A stretch of DNA of 64,000 nt from an uncultured cyanobacterium (lineage in GTDB: Bacteria > Cyanobacteriota > Cyanobacteriia > PCC-6307 > Cyanobiaceae), in NCBI GenBank assembly GCA_963765575.1, contig CAVXWZ010000008.1:192001-256000 (forward strand), written 5' to 3'. A program made the translations under genes and the position numbers. The notes under the pieces were generated by a model that did not search any database, had not been told where the DNA came from, and saw only the letters and a program-made list of their open reading frames with translations. Shown here piece after piece: positions 59,596 through 64,000 of this stretch. How positions within the stretch are numbered: the first letter of the stretch is position 1; each line of letters opens with the position of its first letter.

Positions 59596-60429
59596 ATGAG
59601 CTTCTCCTCCCACCGGGCCCGCAAGCGCTTCGGTCAGCACTGGCTGGACGACCCGCGGGTGCTGGAGCGGATTGTGGCGGCGGCCGAAATTCAGCCGGGC
59701 GAACGGGTGCTGGAGATCGGTCCTGGCCGTGGCTCCCTCACCGAGCTGCTGCTGCGCACAGCGGCAGCGGCGGTGCGGGCGGTGGAACTGGACCGGGACC
59801 TGATCGCCGGACTGGACGGGCGCTTCGGCGGCGATCCCCGCTTCACCCTGCTGGCCGGCGATGCCCTCGTGGTCGAGCTCCCCGCCGCCGACACGGTGGT
59901 GGCCAACATCCCGTACAACATCACCGGGCCGTTGCTGGAGCGGCTGGTGGGCCGTCTGGACAGGCCCGTGATGCCGCCCTACCGCCGCCTGGTGCTGCTG
60001 CTGCAACAAGAAGTGGCCGAACGCATCCGCAGCACTCCCGGCAGCAGCGCCTATTCCGCCCTGAGTGTGCGGCTGCAGCTGCTGGCGCGCTGCCGCTCGG
60101 TATGTGCGGTGCCGCCGCGCTGCTTCAAGCCGCCGCCGAAGGTGCACTCGGAGGTGATCTGCATCGATCCGCTGCCGCCAGCCGAACGCCTCGATCCCCA
60201 GCAGGCCCGACAGGTGGAACAGCTGCTGAAGCGCTGCTTCGCGGCCCGGCGCAAGATGCTGCGCAACACCCTGGGCGGGCTGTTGCCGCCGCCGCAGCTG
60301 GAGGCCCTGGCTGCCGAGGCTGGCATCGGCCTGCAGCAGCGGCCCCAGGAGATCGCCCCGGCGGCCTGGGTGGCCCTGGCCACCGGCTTGAATCGCTGCC
60401 CCGGCGAAGCGCAGGCCAGCGATGGATGA
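59596..60429 (+). CDS. rsmA: 16S rRNA m6,2A1518/1519 dimethyltransferase
   Basis: [31 protein letters not shown] and F.PPPKV.S. Confidence 0.96.
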   Translation: MSFSSHRARKRFGQHWLDDPRVLERIVAAAEIQPGERVLEIGPGRGSLTELLLRTAAAAVRAVELDRDLIAGLDGRFGGDPRFTLLAGDALVVELPAADTVVANIPYNITGPLLERLVGRLDRPVMPPYRRLVLLLQQEVAERIRSTPGSSAYSALSVRLQLLARCRSVCAVPPRCFKPPPKVHSEVICIDPLPPAERLDPQQARQVEQLLKRCFAARRKMLRNTLGGLLPPPQLEALAAEAGIGLQQRPQEIAPAAWVALATGLNRCPGEAQASDG

Positions 60430-61357
60430 ACTCAGCCTGGAGGCTCCGGCCAAGATCAACCTGCACCTGGAGGTGCTGGGACTGCGCGGCGATGGCTTCC
60501 ACGAGCTGGCGATGGTGATGCAGACCATCGACCTGCACGATCGCCTGCGACTGAGCTCCAGTGCCGATGGCGCCATCGCGCTGCAGTGCGATCAGCCGGG
60601 GCTGCCCAGCGATGGCAGCAATCTGGTGGTCAAGGCCGCAGAACTGCTCAGGGAGCGGGCCGGCCGGCCCCAGCTCGGGGCCCGGATCGCCCTCAGCAAA
60701 CGCATCCCGGTGGGGGCGGGCCTGGCCGGAGGTTCCAGCGATGCCGCCGCTGCCCTGGTGGGCCTCAATCGGCTCTGGGGTCTGGACTTCAGCCCCAGCG
60801 ACCTGCAGGCGATGGCGGCATACCTCGGCTCCGATGTGCCCTTCTGTCTGCCCGGTGGCACCCAGCTCTGCTTCGGGCGCGGGGAGCGGCTGGAGCCGGT
60901 GCCGGTCGGCGCCGGCGAGGCCTTGGCGGTGCTGCTGATCAAGCACCCCGAGGCCTCGGTGAGCACGCCCTGGGCCTATGGCCGCTGCCGCGAGCTGAGG
61001 GGCAGCAGGTATCTCAGCGGCGAGGAGGCGTTCGAGCGCCGCCGGCAAGCCCTGCGCCAGGGGGCGCTGCTGCGGGCGCTGCGGGAGGGCGGGCCCCTGC
61101 CGCCGCTGCGCAACGATCTGCAGGCGGTGGTGGAGCCGGAGCAGGCCAGCGTGCGCCAGGGCCTGGCCCTGCTGCGCCGCTTGCCGGACAGCCTGGCCGT
61201 GGCCATGAGTGGCTCCGGCCCCAGCCTGTTCGCCCTGTTTGCCCACCTTCACCAGGCGCGAGCCGCCCAGGCCGGGCTGGCCGCGGAGCTGGCGGCGGCG
61301 GGCTTTGAGAGCTGGGCCTGTGGGTTCCGCAGCACAGGCGCCATGCTGGAGCCGTGA
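60422..61357 (+). CDS. ispE: 4-diphosphocytidyl-2-C-methyl-D-erythritol kinase
   Basis: [29 protein letters not shown] and MSGSGP. Confidence 0.96.
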   Translation: MDELSLEAPAKINLHLEVLGLRGDGFHELAMVMQTIDLHDRLRLSSSADGAIALQCDQPGLPSDGSNLVVKAAELLRERAGRPQLGARIALSKRIPVGAGLAGGSSDAAAALVGLNRLWGLDFSPSDLQAMAAYLGSDVPFCLPGGTQLCFGRGERLEPVPVGAGEALAVLLIKHPEASVSTPWAYGRCRELRGSRYLSGEEAFERRRQALRQGALLRALREGGPLPPLRNDLQAVVEPEQASVRQGLALLRRLPDSLAVAMSGSGPSLFALFAHLHQARAAQAGLAAELAAAGFESWACGFRSTGAMLEP

Positions 61358-61718
61358 GTGATCCCACCGCCAGTCCGGGTCCGCCGCTGAAGTCGCCACC
61401 CGCCCGACACCGCCCGCCCAGCCCCCACGCAAGGGTCCCCTGAGCTTCCTGTCCGGGGCCGTCACCGCCGCGCTGCTGAGCTGGCTGTGTCTGGGCCTGA
61501 GCCGGCGCATGGTCCTCTACTACGCCCTGCATCCACCCCACTACCCCTCGGCCGTCGCCCAGTCGATCGCCACGGCCCTCAAGACCCTGCTGGTGGGCAT
61601 GGGCTTTCTGGCCACCTTCAGTTTCGGCTTCATCGCCTTCGGGCTCACCCTGTCGTTCCTGCGCAGCCTGGTGGCGCCCAAGCCACCGGCGGCTGACACG
61701 GGCCCCCCGGCCCCTTAG
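61354..61718 (+). CDS. DUF3082-family membrane protein (apparent -1 frameshift near 61378)
   Basis: [11 protein letters not shown]...[21 protein letters not shown]; that frame lacks a start unless joined to GTG 61354 by adding one G. Confidence 0.7.
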
Positions 61719-61741
61719 TTTCGGGGTCGTTCCCACCGGCC

Positions 61742-61837
61742 ATGACCCTCCACGACCTGGGCCTGCTGATCACCCTGCTGTTGCCGGGCATGCTGTTGTC
61801 GGTGCTGATCCTGAGCACTTTCGCCGCCGGCGGCTGA
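61742..61837 (+). CDS. 31-aa single-TM micro-protein
   Basis: Hand translation: [31 protein letters not shown]; nearly all codons end in G/C. Confidence 0.65.
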   Translation: MTLHDLGLLITLLLPGMLLSVLILSTFAAGG

Positions 61838-61907
61838 CCCCCCAAGGCCTGAGCCCCCAGCGCCTGGGCCTGAGATAGGTTGGCGCCCAGTCGGTGCTTG
61901 CCAACGC

Positions 61908-62891
61908 GTGGCCGAAACGCTGCTGTTCAACGCTCTCCGCGAAGCCATCGACGAGGAGATGGCCCGCGACCCCTATGTCTGCGTGATGGGGGAGGACGTG
62001 GGCCAGTACGGCGGCTCCTACAAGGTCACCAAGGACCTCTACGAGAAGTACGGCGAGCTGCGGGTGCTGGACACCCCGATCGCCGAAAACTCCTTCACCG
62101 GCATGGCCGTGGGTGCGGCCATGACCGGGCTGCGACCGATTGTGGAGGGCATGAACATGGGCTTCCTGTTGCTCGCCTTCAACCAGATCTCCAACAACAT
62201 GGGCATGCTGCGCTACACCAGCGGCGGCAACTACACGATTCCGGCCGTGGTGCGCGGCCCCGGTGGAGTGGGTCGCCAGCTGGGGGCGGAGCACAGCCAG
62301 CGGCTGGAGGCCTATTTCCATGCCGTGCCCGGCATCAAGATTGTGGCGGTGAGCACCCCCACCAACGCCAAGGGGCTGATGAAGGCCGCCATCCGCGACA
62401 ACAACCCGGTGCTCTTCTTTGAGCACGTGTTGCTCTACAACCTCAGCGAAGATCTGCCGGAGGGAGATTACATCTGCGCCCTCGACCAGGCCGAGCTGGT
62501 GCGCTCTGGACGGGATGTGACCATCCTCACCTACTCACGCATGCGCCACCACTGCCTCAAGGCGGTGGAGCAACTGGAGGCCGAAGGAGTGGATGTGGAG
62601 CTGATCGACCTGGTCAGTCTCAAGCCTTTCGACATGGCCACGGTGCGGGCGTCGATTGCCAAGACCCACAAGGTGCTGATCGTGGAGGAGTGCATGAAGA
62701 CCGGCGGAATCGGCGCCGAGCTGATGGCCCTGGTCATCGAGCAGTGCTTCGACGACCTCGACGCCAGGCCCGTGCGCCTGTCCTCGCAGGACATTCCCAC
62801 CCCGTACAACGGCAACCTGGAAAATCTCACCATCATTCAGCCCCACCAGATTGTGGATGCGGCCAAGGCCCTGAAGGCGGGTGTGATCTGA
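61908..62891 (+). CDS. pdhB: Pyruvate dehydrogenase E1 beta subunit
   Basis: [26 protein letters not shown] and VEEC..TGG.GAE. Confidence 0.96.
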   Translation: MAETLLFNALREAIDEEMARDPYVCVMGEDVGQYGGSYKVTKDLYEKYGELRVLDTPIAENSFTGMAVGAAMTGLRPIVEGMNMGFLLLAFNQISNNMGMLRYTSGGNYTIPAVVRGPGGVGRQLGAEHSQRLEAYFHAVPGIKIVAVSTPTNAKGLMKAAIRDNNPVLFFEHVLLYNLSEDLPEGDYICALDQAELVRSGRDVTILTYSRMRHHCLKAVEQLEAEGVDVELIDLVSLKPFDMATVRASIAKTHKVLIVEECMKTGGIGAELMALVIEQCFDDLDARPVRLSSQDIPTPYNGNLENLTIIQPHQIVDAAKALKAGVI

Positions 62892-62892
62892 G

Positions 62893-64000
62893 ATGGCCCG
62901 CCAACAAGGCTGGCTCGCGCTGATCCTGGCGTTGGCGATCGCCGCCGCCGCCCTGCTGATCCAGTTCCCCCTCCAGCTGGGCCTCGACCTGCGCGGCGGC
63001 AGCCAACTGTCGCTGCAGGTGATGCCCGCGGGCACCATCACCCGGGTGGAGCGGGAGCAGCTGGAGGCGGTGAAGGAGGTGCTCGATCGCCGCATCAACG
63101 GCCTCGGCGTGGCTGAATCCACCCTCCAGACCGTGGGTGACGACCAGCTCGTGCTGCAGCTCCCCGGGGAGCAGGACCCCAGCCGCGCCGCCCGGGTGCT
63201 GGGCACCACCGCCCTGCTCGAGTTCCGCGCCCAGCAACCCGGCAGCGAGGAGGAGATGCGCGGCCTGCTGGCCCTCAAGCGCCAGGCCGAGGCCGTGCTC
63301 ACCAGCCGCCAGGCCCGCGCCCAGCCGTCTGGCGATGACAGCGAACCCGAGCCCTCCCTGGATGCTGAGGATCTTGCGCAGGCCCTCAGGGAGCTGGGGG
63401 TTGACGTGGCTCCGGGGAGCTCGGAAATCAGCCAGCTCGAGGCCCTGCTCGACGTGGTCAACAGCCGCGTCGTCGAGCTCTACGAGCCCGCTGAACTCAC
63501 CGGTCGGGAGCTGGTGGGGGCCGGCCGCCAGCAGCAGCAGAACGCCAGCAGCTGGGACGTGACCCTCAGCTTCACCCGGGAGGGCGGTGAGCAGTTTGCC
63601 CGGCTCACCCAGTCGCTCGCCGGCAGCGGCCGTCTGCTGGGCATCGTGCTGGATGGTCGCTCCATCAGTGAGGCCAGCGTGGGCCCTGAATTCCAGGCCG
63701 CCGGCATCACCGGCGGCGCCGCCACCATCACCGGCAACTTCACGGCCGAAGAGGCCCGCGATCTGGAGGTGCAACTGCGCGGTGGCTCGCTGCCCCTGCC
63801 GGTGGAGGTGATCGAGGTGCGCAGCATCGGTCCCAGCCTGGGAGCCGAAAACGTGCGCACCAGCCTGCTGGCGGCCCTGGTGGGGCTGGCCCTGGTGGCG
63901 GTGTTCATGGTGCTGGTGTATCGCCTGGCCGGGGTGGTGGCGGTGCTCGCGCTCAGCCTCTACGCCCTCTTCAACCTGGCCGTCTACGCCCTCATCCCCG
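62893..64000 (+). CDS. secD: Protein translocase subunit SecD (3' end outside window)
   Basis: MARQQGW..LQLGLDLRGG, RINGLGVAE, QLPG, GIVLDG, LRGGSLP and IGPSLG. Confidence 0.95.
   Translation, partial: MARQQGWLALILALAIAAAALLIQFPLQLGLDLRGGSQLSLQVMPAGTITRVEREQLEAVKEVLDRRINGLGVAESTLQTVGDDQLVLQLPGEQDPSRAARVLGTTALLEFRAQQPGSEEEMRGLLALKRQAEAVLTSRQARAQPSGDDSEPEPSLDAEDLAQALRELGVDVAPGSSEISQLEALLDVVNSRVVELYEPAELTGRELVGAGRQQQQNASSWDVTLSFTREGGEQFARLTQSLAGSGRLLGIVLDGRSISEASVGPEFQAAGITGGAATITGNFTAEEARDLEVQLRGGSLPLPVEVIEVRSIGPSLGAENVRTSLLAALVGLALVAVFMVLVYRLAGVVAVLALSLYALFNLAVYALIP

Overview
This is a high-GC picocyanobacterial chromosome segment (Cyanobium/Synechococcus-like, inferred from gene content and order). 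Most of it is core housekeeping: glmU, aroA, ubiD, comB, murI, sds, acs, msrA, tRNA-Pro, trpD, carA, rlmB, gatA, unsplit dnaE, rpsO, ruvA, dnaG, umuDC, sdhCAB, gap1, rsmA, ispE, pdhB and secD. Two accessory blocks stand out. (1) A tandem pair of GH13 alpha-glucosidases is coupled to acs (12040-15428). (2) An ~11.5 kb patchwork lies between dnaG and umuC (about 37940-49490). It carries a 43-aa CDGSH mini-protein, a DUF1611 + PLP-racemase operon with an NtcA-type palindrome, and several decaying pseudogenes. It also carries a compact putative metal-response regulon: multicopper oxidase, cytochrome b-like protein, single-domain globin, MerR regulator, glutaredoxin-MauE protein and DUF305/CopM-like protein. 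Four promoters with the MerR-type 19-bp spacer and a shared operator can be read directly in that regulon. Other observations are a structured, terminated RNA candidate upstream of trpD, a 31-aa membrane micro-protein upstream of pdhB, and a LexA box at umuD. Several single-base frameshifts in conserved genes may be sequencing errors. All product calls come from motif recognition only; no database searches were run.
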